From: Clostridia bacterium
Lineage (GTDB): Bacteria > Bacillota > Clostridia > CAKSNL01 > HGM11501
Direction: 5' to 3'
Length of the DNA: 64,000 nucleotides
Assembly: GCA_900766735.1 (NCBI GenBank)
Contig: CAAFWO010000052.1
Location: forward strand, 58,539 to 122,538
Below the pieces are notes generated by a model. The model searched no databases. It saw only the letters and a list, made by a program, of their open reading frames with translations, and was not told the DNA's origin. This document shows, piece after piece, positions 29,079 through 37,573 of the stretch; within the stretch, counting starts at the first letter, position 1; each line of letters starts with the position of its first letter. Made by a program: the position numbers and the translations under genes.

Positions 29079-29975
29079 TAAGAAAAATTATGGAAGTTCA
29101 GTATTGTGGTGAAATATTGGTTAATGTTATTTGTAACAAATAACGTCTCTCTCAACAGTATTTATAGTTTCTTGAGAGATTGTATTCGTGTTTAATAGAT
29201 ATACAATGTTTAATTTTGGATTGAAAATACCTAATTTGTCTATACTTTTAAATTCCTCTTTTCCTGAATGAATTCCCATTATCCAATACATTAATAATTG
29301 TAATGTTTGTTTAGATGTTATTTTAGACTCTTTAGAAACCTTGAAATCCCATAAAGTATCGTGCGTCAGATAGTCGCCGTCACCATCGGTAACAACATTT
29401 GTATAGCCATCGTTTTCGAATGTGAATCCGGTTATAGTGACAGGCCCGTATTGTGCCCAAAATTTTATACAACGGTTAAGCATGATGCGAATATTTTCTG
29501 TTGTAATTATATCAGGACACGCACGTGGAATATCGTACGTGGCGTCACTAAAAATCGCACTAAGCGGAGATCTGTACCATACATCATATGCGCATGCTTG
29601 ACAAGCAGCCATGATTGAAGCGTCATCAGTCCCTTTTATTTGCTCTAATAAGGATGATATATCAATTTTTCTTTTTTTTAGAGTCCGCTCAAGAGATTTA
29701 TAGTTCCTTATGCATTCTTGATATCCGTATTGAGAAATTTGAAATGCTGTTTCTATTGGAACACCAATCAAAAAACGGGTTAAGTAATCAATAGCACTAC
29801 CTATAATATTGGGGCTTATGTCTTCATTACTGTTAAGAGTAATGCCATCATCAAATTTGATTTTTTCAAAACTGGAAGGCCTGACATATCCTCCATAAGG
29901 TTGTTTGATAGATCTAATACGTCCTGTAACAGTTGACATTTGAAAACCTCCTTAATTAAAATAAATTTGACTTTG
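29079..29975 (-). mobile_element. ~0.9-kb AT-rich inserted cassette carrying a single orphan gene, bounded by the 52-bp direct repeats
   Basis: A sharp compositional drop (by eye ~1/3 GC against ~55% flanks). It has its own RBS (GGAGG). A 9-bp palindrome (GTTATTTGT.ACAAATAAC) sits at the gene's 3' end. No integrase lies inside it. Confidence 0.5.
29127..29939 (-). CDS. Orphan 270-aa protein of unknown function in the AT-rich cassette; it may contain a PD-(D/E)xK-like motif (VTDGDGD...WDFK)
   Basis: A long ORF with a good RBS and atypical codon usage. I do not recognise any family. Confidence 0.55.
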   Translation of the reverse strand: MSTVTGRIRSIKQPYGGYVRPSSFEKIKFDDGITLNSNEDISPNIIGSAIDYLTRFLIGVPIETAFQISQYGYQECIRNYKSLERTLKKRKIDISSLLEQIKGTDDASIMAACQACAYDVWYRSPLSAIFSDATYDIPRACPDIITTENIRIMLNRCIKFWAQYGPVTITGFTFENDGYTNVVTDGDGDYLTHDTLWDFKVSKESKITSKQTLQLLMYWIMGIHSGKEEFKSIDKLGIFNPKLNIVYLLNTNTISQETINTVERDVICYK

Positions 29976-31358
29976 TTTTACTGATTTCTCACGCTCGGAA
30001 AAAATCTTCGGGAACGACGAAAAGATGACGATTGCGGTGATAATGCCGGCGACGAAATCGGCTATTCCTTCGGACATATAAACGCCCTTATAGCCGAGAA
30101 AATGCGTTAAGATGAAGCAGAGCGGAATTAAGATGACGACCTTGCGCATAACGGCTAAAATGAGCGCTCGCTTCGCCTGCCCGAGCGCGATGTTGACGTT
30201 TTGAAGCGTCATCTGTACGAAGAACATTACCGAGCCCATTAAAAAGAGCGGCGCGTTGGATCTCACGATCTCGGTGACAGATGGGCTTGCCGAAAATAAA
30301 ATTGCATAGACCTGGGGTACGGCGAGCGAGAACGACCAAATTGTGACCGCGAAGATGAATGCTATTATGGTGACTATTTTGATTCCCTCTTTAAGCCTCT
30401 TTGAATTTCCGCGGCCGTAGTTGTAGCTCACGAAGGGCTGCATTCCCGTTCCGAGCCCGTTTAACGGAAGCGATATTAGCTGAAGCGCGCTTTGCATAAC
30501 GGTCATCGCGGCGGTATAGTCCTTGTTTCCGCCTGTCGCGCGGTTTAGGTTGACGTTGAAAACTATCTGTATCGCGCACTCGGTAATCGTCATCACAAAC
30601 GGGGTGAAGCCAAGTGAAAGAATTGAAAGAACGATTTTCCCTGACAAGCGCATTGCCTTGGGGCTGAAACGGAAAATGCTCCTTTTCAAACAGAAAAACA
30701 AAAGCACCGCGACGCATGAAAAAAACTGAGAGATTATTGTCGCGAGCGCCGAACCGCTGACGCCCATTTTGAGAGTAAAAATAAATACCGGGTCAAGCGC
30801 TATGTTTAATACGGCGCCCAAAAGGACGGAGCACATCGCATAAAACGAATACCCCTGAGTTAATATAAACGGGTTTAACCCCTGCGCGAGCATGACAAAA
30901 AGCGTGCCGGCAGAGTAAATTCTTAAATATGACACGGCGAATGAGACTGCGCTTTCGGGACACCCGAAAAGCCTCACGATCGGCTCGGCAAGGGCGAACG
31001 CCAAAGCGCTTGTTAAAATGCCTATAATAATGAGGAGCAGAAACGAATTGCTAAAAATCGTGTTCGCCGTCTCATTTTTTCCTTCGCCTAATTTGATTCC
31101 GGCGCGCGGCGAGCCGCCGAGGCCGATCAGGTTTGAAAAGGCGGAGATGATGAGCGTGACGGGAAGAACTATCCCGAGCGCGGCCAGCGCGTCCATCCCG
31201 GAGGGTTCGATCCTCGCGACATACATTCTGTCCACTATATTATATAAAAATGTGATTAGCTGTGCGATTACTGCCGGCACGGTCAGATGAAAGACGAGAG
31301 GAAGAATCTTTCCCGCTTCAAGCTCGGCCGTGACGGGCATATTTTTTCTTTTTAACAT
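29952..31358 (-). CDS. MATE family efflux transporter
   Basis: 12 TM helices and MATE-type sequence. Its 3' end lies inside the right repeat copy. Confidence 0.8.
   Translation of the reverse strand: MLKRKNMPVTAELEAGKILPLVFHLTVPAVIAQLITFLYNIVDRMYVARIEPSGMDALAALGIVLPVTLIISAFSNLIGLGGSPRAGIKLGEGKNETANTIFSNSFLLLIIIGILTSALAFALAEPIVRLFGCPESAVSFAVSYLRIYSAGTLFVMLAQGLNPFILTQGYSFYAMCSVLLGAVLNIALDPVFIFTLKMGVSGSALATIISQFFSCVAVLLFFCLKRSIFRFSPKAMRLSGKIVLSILSLGFTPFVMTITECAIQIVFNVNLNRATGGNKDYTAAMTVMQSALQLISLPLNGLGTGMQPFVSYNYGRGNSKRLKEGIKIVTIIAFIFAVTIWSFSLAVPQVYAILFSASPSVTEIVRSNAPLFLMGSVMFFVQMTLQNVNIALGQAKRALILAVMRKVVILIPLCFILTHFLGYKGVYMSEGIADFVAGIITAIVIFSSFPKIFSEREKSVKQSQIYFN
29976..30027. repeat. 52-bp direct repeat, right copy (current 3' end of the MATE gene)
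   Basis: It matches 29027-29078 with 1 mismatch, and it encodes the present MATE C-terminus. Confidence 0.7.
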
Positions 31359-31512
31359 GGCTTACTCCCTTTTATGTTATTGTACCATAAAAGAAGGAGG
31401 AAAGCAAGGCAGGAAAAACCCTCTTTATTACTTAATTTTCTTATTTACATATTGACTTTTTTATGTTAAAATACAGACAATGGGATTAAAATATTAAAAA
31501 GGGTGTGAGAGC

Positions 31513-32259
31513 TTGATAAGCGGGAAAATTATTGCGGTTCGCACGAACAAGACCGTTTACCGCGACGGGGACAGGTGCATAAAGCTTTTCGGAGAGGGTT
31601 ATTCCAAGGCAGGCGTTTTTTCTGAGGCGCTCAATCTGGCATATGCCGAGGAGACCGGGCTCAACGTTCCGAAGGTCATTGACGTTACGAGGATCGACGG
31701 AAAGTGGGCGATCGTGACGGAGTTTATCGAGGGCAAGAGCTTAAACCAGCTTATGGAGGAAAACCCCGATAAGACAGGTGAATATATGGAGCTTTTCACA
31801 CGCCTTCACATCGAGCTCGGCAAGAAAAGATGCCCGATGATGTGCCGTGTGACGGACAAGATCACCGAAAAGGTGAGACGGAGCGAAATGAAGGCGACCC
31901 TGCGTTTCGGGCTTTACTCCCTTTTAGGTTCGATGGAGCATGAATATGATCTTTGTCACGGCGACTTTGTGCCGGCAAACGTCATCATCGGGCCGGACGG
32001 AAAGCAGAATATCATCGACTGGTCGCATGCGGCGGCGGGGCCTGTCGCGGCGGACGCGGCGAAGACCTATCTTATTTTGAAGGTGACGAACCGTACAAAA
32101 GAAGCGGAGATATATTTGAAGCTTTTTACCGAGATGTCCGGCATAAGCGAGGAGCTGATTAAAAAGTGGATTCCGCTTTCCGCCGCGTCGTACGGCATCA
32201 GAGGAAATGAAGAGGAAAAGCGGTTTATTGACGCGTGCATAAATCTTTTGGGGAAATGA
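31513..32259 (+). CDS. Aminoglycoside/choline-kinase-type phosphotransferase (APH family) protein
   Basis: Catalytic loop CHGDFVPANVII and a downstream DWSHA motif. It has a TTG start. Confidence 0.6.
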   Translation: MISGKIIAVRTNKTVYRDGDRCIKLFGEGYSKAGVFSEALNLAYAEETGLNVPKVIDVTRIDGKWAIVTEFIEGKSLNQLMEENPDKTGEYMELFTRLHIELGKKRCPMMCRVTDKITEKVRRSEMKATLRFGLYSLLGSMEHEYDLCHGDFVPANVIIGPDGKQNIIDWSHAAAGPVAADAAKTYLILKVTNRTKEAEIYLKLFTEMSGISEELIKKWIPLSAASYGIRGNEEEKRFIDACINLLGK

Positions 32260-32340
32260 TTTGCCGTCGCGCAGCTGTGCGAGGAGTGCTTCAGGCATAT
32301 TCCCAAGGCTATAAAATATTAATTATCGGAGGGATAGATA

Positions 32341-32589
32341 ATGAAAATAAAAATATGTATCGGCTCGTCGTGCCACATCAAGGGCTCAAGGCAGGTCGTC
32401 GAAACATTTCAGGACCTTGCCGCAAAGCATGGCCTTTCGGATAAGGTCGAAATGAGCGGCACGTTCTGCATGGGAAACTGCAAAAACGGCGTTTGCGTGG
32501 ATATTGACGGCAACGTTTATTCGGTGAGCCCCGAGACGGCAGGAGAGTTTTTTTCCGAACACGTCATATCAGCATTTAAGGAGGATTAG
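32341..32589 (+). CDS. Thioredoxin-like [2Fe-2S] ferredoxin (NuoE/HndA-like; HfsA-like)
   Basis: Cys pattern CH..G..FCMGNC. It sits immediately upstream of the sensory hydrogenase. Confidence 0.65.
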   Translation: MKIKICIGSSCHIKGSRQVVETFQDLAAKHGLSDKVEMSGTFCMGNCKNGVCVDIDGNVYSVSPETAGEFFSEHVISAFKED

Positions 32590-32592
32590 AAA

Positions 32593-34266
32593 ATGTCGCA
32601 GTGCCTTACGCTTAAAAAATCCAACTGCAAAAACTGCTACAAGTGCATCAGACATTGCCCGGTAAAATCCATAAGGTTCTCGGGCAACCAGGCATATATC
32701 ATCGACAATGACTGTATCTTATGCGGCCACTGCTTCGTTGTCTGTCCCCAGAATGCGAAGCAGATAGTCGACGAGACGGAGAAGGTCAAGGTCATGCTCG
32801 CTGCCGGGAATGAGGTTTATTTAAGCCTCGCCCCGTCGTTCGCGGCGAATTACGGCGTCGGCATCGAGGCGATGAGGGAGGCTGTTAAAAAGCTGGGATT
32901 TGCCGACGCAGAGGAGACGGCGATCGGTGCGGCTATCGTCAAGAACGAGTATGACAGGATATTAAAAGAGGAGAAGCCCGACGTTCTGATCTCCTCGTGC
33001 TGTCACAGCGTGAACCTTTTAATTCAGAAATATTACCCCGAAGTCCTGAGCTGTCTTGCGGCTGTGATGAGTCCGATGCAGGCACACTGCGCCGAGATCA
33101 AGAAGCACCACCCAGAGGCAAAGACGGTTTTTGTGGGTCCGTGCGTCGCGAAAAAGGACGAGGCCGACCATTACGGAAGCGTGGTTGACGCGGTTTTGAC
33201 CTTTGACGAGCTGACCGGCTGGTTAAACGACGAGGGCATTACCATCGAGGAAAGAAAAGAGGACACCTCGACAGGCCTCACAAGATTTTTCCCGACTACG
33301 GGCGGAATATTAAAAACCATGGAGAAATCCGAGAAGGACTACACCTATATGGCGGTGGACGGAATCGAAAACTGCATGGCGGTGCTCGACGAGCTCAGAT
33401 CGGGCGGCGTTCACAGGTGCTTTATCGAAATGTCCGCCTGCACGGGAAGCTGTATCGGCGGCCCGGTCATGGAAAAATACCACCGTTCGCCCGTGAGCGA
33501 CTTTAAAAAGATCGCCTCCTTTGCAGGGGAGCACGACTTTGCGGTCGGGGAGGTTAAAAAGGATGCGGTTAGAAAGATATTCACGGCTATCGAGGATAAA
33601 AACGTCTATCCGACCGAGGAGGAGATAATAGAGATCCTTCACAAAATGGGAAAATTCAAGCCTGCGGACGAGCTTAACTGCGGCTCGTGCGGCTATAACA
33701 CCTGCCGCGACAAGGCGGTCGCCATTTTCCGCGGCCGTGCGGAAATTTCGATGTGCCTTCCTTATCTTAAGGACAAGGCGGAAAGCTTTTCCGACAGCAT
33801 CGTGAACAATACCCCGAACGGGCTCATGGTCTTAAACGAAAAGCTTGAGGTTCAGCAGATCAATTCCGCGGCGTTAAAGATTATGAATCTTCGCTCCTCG
33901 CACGATATTCTGGGCGATCAGGTCGTGAGGATACTCGACCCCAAGCTCTTTATGGATGTCTTGTCGAGCGGGAGGAGTGTGAAAAACAGGCGCATTTATT
34001 TAGCCGAATATGAGCGCTATGTCGAAGAAACGATCGTTTACGATAAGGAGTACCGGCTTCTTATCTGCATCATGCGCGATATTACCGACGAGGAGAACAC
34101 AAGGGAGAAAAAGGAGAGCGTGAATAAAAAAACCGTTGAGATCGCGGACAAGGTCGTCGACAAGCAGATGCGGATAGTTCAGGAGATCGCGTCGCTTTTG
34201 GGTGAGACCGCGGCGGAGACGAAGATCGCACTCACCAAGCTTAAGGAGACGATCGCCGATGAATAA
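32593..34266 (+). CDS. Sensory [FeFe]-hydrogenase-like protein HydS/HfsB (4Fe-4S domain, H-cluster-like domain with a variant L1 motif, C-terminal PAS domain)
   Basis: Ferredoxin Cys clusters, SSCCHS in place of TSCCP, GPCVAKKDE, and EMSACTGSCIGGP. A PAS-like C-terminus. Confidence 0.75.
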   Translation: MSQCLTLKKSNCKNCYKCIRHCPVKSIRFSGNQAYIIDNDCILCGHCFVVCPQNAKQIVDETEKVKVMLAAGNEVYLSLAPSFAANYGVGIEAMREAVKKLGFADAEETAIGAAIVKNEYDRILKEEKPDVLISSCCHSVNLLIQKYYPEVLSCLAAVMSPMQAHCAEIKKHHPEAKTVFVGPCVAKKDEADHYGSVVDAVLTFDELTGWLNDEGITIEERKEDTSTGLTRFFPTTGGILKTMEKSEKDYTYMAVDGIENCMAVLDELRSGGVHRCFIEMSACTGSCIGGPVMEKYHRSPVSDFKKIASFAGEHDFAVGEVKKDAVRKIFTAIEDKNVYPTEEEIIEILHKMGKFKPADELNCGSCGYNTCRDKAVAIFRGRAEISMCLPYLKDKAESFSDSIVNNTPNGLMVLNEKLEVQQINSAALKIMNLRSSHDILGDQVVRILDPKLFMDVLSSGRSVKNRRIYLAEYERYVEETIVYDKEYRLLICIMRDITDEENTREKKESVNKKTVEIADKVVDKQMRIVQEIASLLGETAAETKIALTKLKETIADE

Positions 34267-35428
34267 TCTTTGTGCCGACATAGGCTATAAAAGCATCAAC
34301 CACGAGGGAGAACAGCTCTGCGGCGACCATGTGGATATCGTCTCGGCCGGCGATTCGACGGTCATCGTCCTCGCGGACGGGCTCGGGAGCGGTGTTAAGG
34401 CAAGCATATTGTCCACGCTGACATCGAAGATCATCTCGACGATGATGGCCTCCGGCCTCTCGCTCGAGGAGTGCGTTTCCGCGATCGCGGCGGCGCTTCC
34501 CATATGCAGTGAGCGCAAGGTCGCATATTCGACGTTCACGATAATGCACCTTGTGGATAACGAGCGCGCGGAGATAATCCAGTATGACAATCCGCACGTT
34601 ATAATGATACGGGGCAACGAAAATTATATCTATCCCGAAACCGAGATGCAGATCGGCGGAAAAAAGATTTTTAAATCCGAGATAGAGCTTTCGGAGAATG
34701 ACATCTTCATCGCGATGAGCGACGGGTGCCCACACGCCGGAATGGGCGATAAATATAATTTCGGCTGGAAGAGGGAGGACATCATTGAGTTTTTGGAACC
34801 CCTTACCTATAATGATTTCACGGCGAAAACGCTTGCCACTATTTTGGTGGACGAGTGTAATAAGCTCTACGGCGAAGCGCCCGGTGACGACGCAACGGCC
34901 TGCGTTGTGAGAGTACGCCGCCGCGCACCGGTGAATATCTTATTCGGGCCGCCCGAAAACCCGGACGACGCGGACAGAATGATGTCGCTCTTCTTCTCAA
35001 AGGAAGGAAAACACATCGTCTGCGGAGGGACGACGTCCACCATCGCGGCAAAATATTTGGGAAAAACCCTCCGGCCGAGCCTTAATTTCGAGAGCGCGGA
35101 CATTCCGCCAACGGCCGAGATCGAAGGCGTCGATCTGGTGACGGAGGGCGTTATCACGATAAACCGCGTCGTGGAATATGCAAAGGATTATCTTAAGGAC
35201 AACGAGAGCTACAAGGTCTGGGGCTACAAGCGCGACGGTGCGTCGCTGATCAGCCGCATTTTATTCGAGGAAGCGACAGACATTAACTTTTTCGTGGGAC
35301 GTGCGATCAACCCGGCCCACCAGAATCCTGACCTGCCCATTAATTTCAGCATTAAGATGCAGCTTGTAGAGGAGCTTTCAAAGTGCCTCGAACAGATGGG
35401 AAAGAGAATCAAGGTCAGCTATTTCTGA
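34259..35428 (+). CDS. PP2C/SpoIIE-family serine phosphatase (HfsC-like)
   Basis: GDHVDI...VLADGLGSGVKASI metal-binding motifs. The start overlaps the HydS stop. Confidence 0.75.
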   Translation: MNNLCADIGYKSINHEGEQLCGDHVDIVSAGDSTVIVLADGLGSGVKASILSTLTSKIISTMMASGLSLEECVSAIAAALPICSERKVAYSTFTIMHLVDNERAEIIQYDNPHVIMIRGNENYIYPETEMQIGGKKIFKSEIELSENDIFIAMSDGCPHAGMGDKYNFGWKREDIIEFLEPLTYNDFTAKTLATILVDECNKLYGEAPGDDATACVVRVRRRAPVNILFGPPENPDDADRMMSLFFSKEGKHIVCGGTTSTIAAKYLGKTLRPSLNFESADIPPTAEIEGVDLVTEGVITINRVVEYAKDYLKDNESYKVWGYKRDGASLISRILFEEATDINFFVGRAINPAHQNPDLPINFSIKMQLVEELSKCLEQMGKRIKVSYF

Positions 35429-35448
35429 TATTTTAAGGAGGAATATTT

Positions 35449-36873
35449 ATGAGAAAATTCGATACTAAGGTTCAGCACATTAAATATAAGGTGCTGCGTG
35501 AGGTTGCGCGCTTTGCATGGAACGGCAACCTGCTCGACCATGTATTGGATATACCGAAAATAATTATTCCGGGCACAACGCCGACGATGCGCTGCTGCGT
35601 CTATAAAGAACGCGCGATACTCTCTGAGCAGGAGCGCGTTGCGATGGGCGGCCATCCGGAAAACCCCAATGTTATTGAGGTAATCGAGGTGGCGTGCGAC
35701 GAGTGCCCCATGGGCGGATATGAAGTCACTAACGCGTGCCGCGGCTGTCTTGCACACAGGTGCGAGGGCGCGTGCAGAAGGGGCGCTATTACCTTCGATC
35801 AGAACCACACCGCGCACATCGACAAGACTAAATGCGTCGATTGCGGCGCATGCGCAAAGGTCTGCCCCTACAGTGCGATCGTGAGCAGAAAAAGGCCGTG
35901 TCAGAACGCATGTAAGGTCAAGGCTATTTCCGTGAGCGAAAATCTGGCCGCGCTGATCGACAACGAAAAGTGCACCTCGTGCGGAGCGTGCGTTTATCAG
36001 TGTCCGTTCGGCGCGATCATGGATAAGTCATATATTTTGGATACGATTGATATAATTAAGAAAAGTGAGAATAATACCAAATATAAGGTCTATGCCGTCG
36101 TAGCGCCGTCGATCTCGAGCCAGTTTTCCTATGCCGAGCTCGGGAGCGTCGTGACGGGGATTAAAAAGCTCGGCTTTCATGCGGTGGTCGAGGCGGCGCT
36201 CGGCGCCGATATGGTGGCATATTCCGAGGCGGCGGAGCTTTACGAGAAGGGCTTTTTGATCTCCTCGTGCTGTCCGGCGTTCGTGGACTATGTCGAGAAG
36301 AACTTCCCCGATCTTGCCGGTCACATTTCGCACAATCTTTCGCCGATGGCGGCGATCTCAAAATATATCAAGGAGAAGGACGAGACCGCGAGGATAGTTT
36401 TCATCGGCCCGTGCACGGCGAAGAAGATGGAGGTCTTAAAGGAATCTGTCAAGCCCTATGTTGACAACTGCATCACCTTCGAGGAGCTTCAGGCGCTCTT
36501 TGACAGCCGCGATTTTGACTTAAATGAGCTCCGACCCGAGGCGCTTGACAACGCTTCGTATTTCGGAAGAATTTTTGCAAGAAGCGGAGGACTTTCCGAC
36601 GCGGTGGCAGAGGCCTTAAAGGAGCAGGGAAAGACCGATTTTTCATTAAAGGCGGAGTCGTGCGACGGAATCGAGGAGTGCAGGATAGCACTTCTTAAAA
36701 AAAGCAAGGGGCTTCTTGACGCAAACTTTATTGAGGGAATGGCGTGCGTCGGCGGATGCATCGGCGGCGCAGGGTGCTTAACGCACGGCGACAAGAACAA
36801 GTCCGAGGTCGACAAATACGGGCGCAAGGCATTTGAAAAGACAATTGAGGATGCAATCAGAGTGTTAAAATAA
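35449..36873 (+). CDS. hydA: Monomeric [FeFe]-hydrogenase catalytic subunit (HydA, short form with N-terminal 4Fe-4S clusters)
   Basis: H-cluster motifs SSCCPAFV, GPCTAKKMEV and EGMACVGGCIGGAGC. Confidence 0.8.
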   Translation: MRKFDTKVQHIKYKVLREVARFAWNGNLLDHVLDIPKIIIPGTTPTMRCCVYKERAILSEQERVAMGGHPENPNVIEVIEVACDECPMGGYEVTNACRGCLAHRCEGACRRGAITFDQNHTAHIDKTKCVDCGACAKVCPYSAIVSRKRPCQNACKVKAISVSENLAALIDNEKCTSCGACVYQCPFGAIMDKSYILDTIDIIKKSENNTKYKVYAVVAPSISSQFSYAELGSVVTGIKKLGFHAVVEAALGADMVAYSEAAELYEKGFLISSCCPAFVDYVEKNFPDLAGHISHNLSPMAAISKYIKEKDETARIVFIGPCTAKKMEVLKESVKPYVDNCITFEELQALFDSRDFDLNELRPEALDNASYFGRIFARSGGLSDAVAEALKEQGKTDFSLKAESCDGIEECRIALLKKSKGLLDANFIEGMACVGGCIGGAGCLTHGDKNKSEVDKYGRKAFEKTIEDAIRVLK

Positions 36874-36885
36874 AGGAGAGTTTTT

Positions 36886-37413
36886 ATGAACATCTGGCAC
36901 GATATCTCACCAAAAAGAATCACGGCGGAAAATTTCATCGGCGTTATCGAGATCAAAAAGGGAAGCAAGAAAAAATATGAGCTTGACAAGGAGACGGGGC
37001 TTTTGATTTTGGACAGGATCCTTTACACGTCCACGCACTATCCGGCAAACTACGGTTTCATTCCGAGAACGCTCGCGGACGACGGCGACCCGTTGGACAT
37101 TCTGGTTTTAACCACCGAGGACATTGACCCGATGGTGCTTGTCAAGTGCTATCCCATCGGCGTTATCGTTATGATGGACGGAGGAAAGAGGGACGAGAAG
37201 ATCATCGCGATACCGTTTGACGACCCGACCTATAACGCCTACGGCGATATTTCAGACCTTCCGGCTCATATTTTTGACGAGATGCGCCACTTTTTCGAGA
37301 CCTATAAGGAGCTTGAAGGAAAATCCACCGCAGTGGACGAGGTCTTGGGGCGCAGCGAAGCTGTCGCGATTATAAAAGAGAGCATAGACAACTACAACGA
37401 GATTTTTTCCTGA
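36886..37413 (+). CDS. ppa: Inorganic pyrophosphatase (family I)
   Basis: Conserved Asp cluster (DGDPLDILV...) and a length of 175 aa. Confidence 0.85.
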   Translation: MNIWHDISPKRITAENFIGVIEIKKGSKKKYELDKETGLLILDRILYTSTHYPANYGFIPRTLADDGDPLDILVLTTEDIDPMVLVKCYPIGVIVMMDGGKRDEKIIAIPFDDPTYNAYGDISDLPAHIFDEMRHFFETYKELEGKSTAVDEVLGRSEAVAIIKESIDNYNEIFS

Positions 37414-37457
37414 CGACGGTTTTGTCATATTTAAAAACAGCAAAAAAGAGAGAAAAA

Positions 37458-37488
37458 CAGCATAAACCACAAGGCTATGCTGTTTTTG
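37458..37488 (+). terminator. Rho-independent terminator after ppa
   Basis: cagcata-loop-tatgctg hairpin followed by TTTTTG. Confidence 0.55.
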
Positions 37489-37573
37489 AGTTAAAGGAAA
37501 AACAACATTATTATGATGACTTTTCCCCTTTTTGGTGTTATAATATATGTAAAGACAAAGGAGGAATAAAATT

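Noticed and set aside
29126-29144. Integron attC-like site at the 3' end of the orphan cassette gene
   Set aside because: The palindrome GTTATTTGT.ACAAATAAC lacks the GTTRRRY/RYYYAAC core symmetry and the 57-141-bp bipartite structure of attC, and no intI or attI is nearby. It is more likely a simple terminator-like stem or a coincidence.
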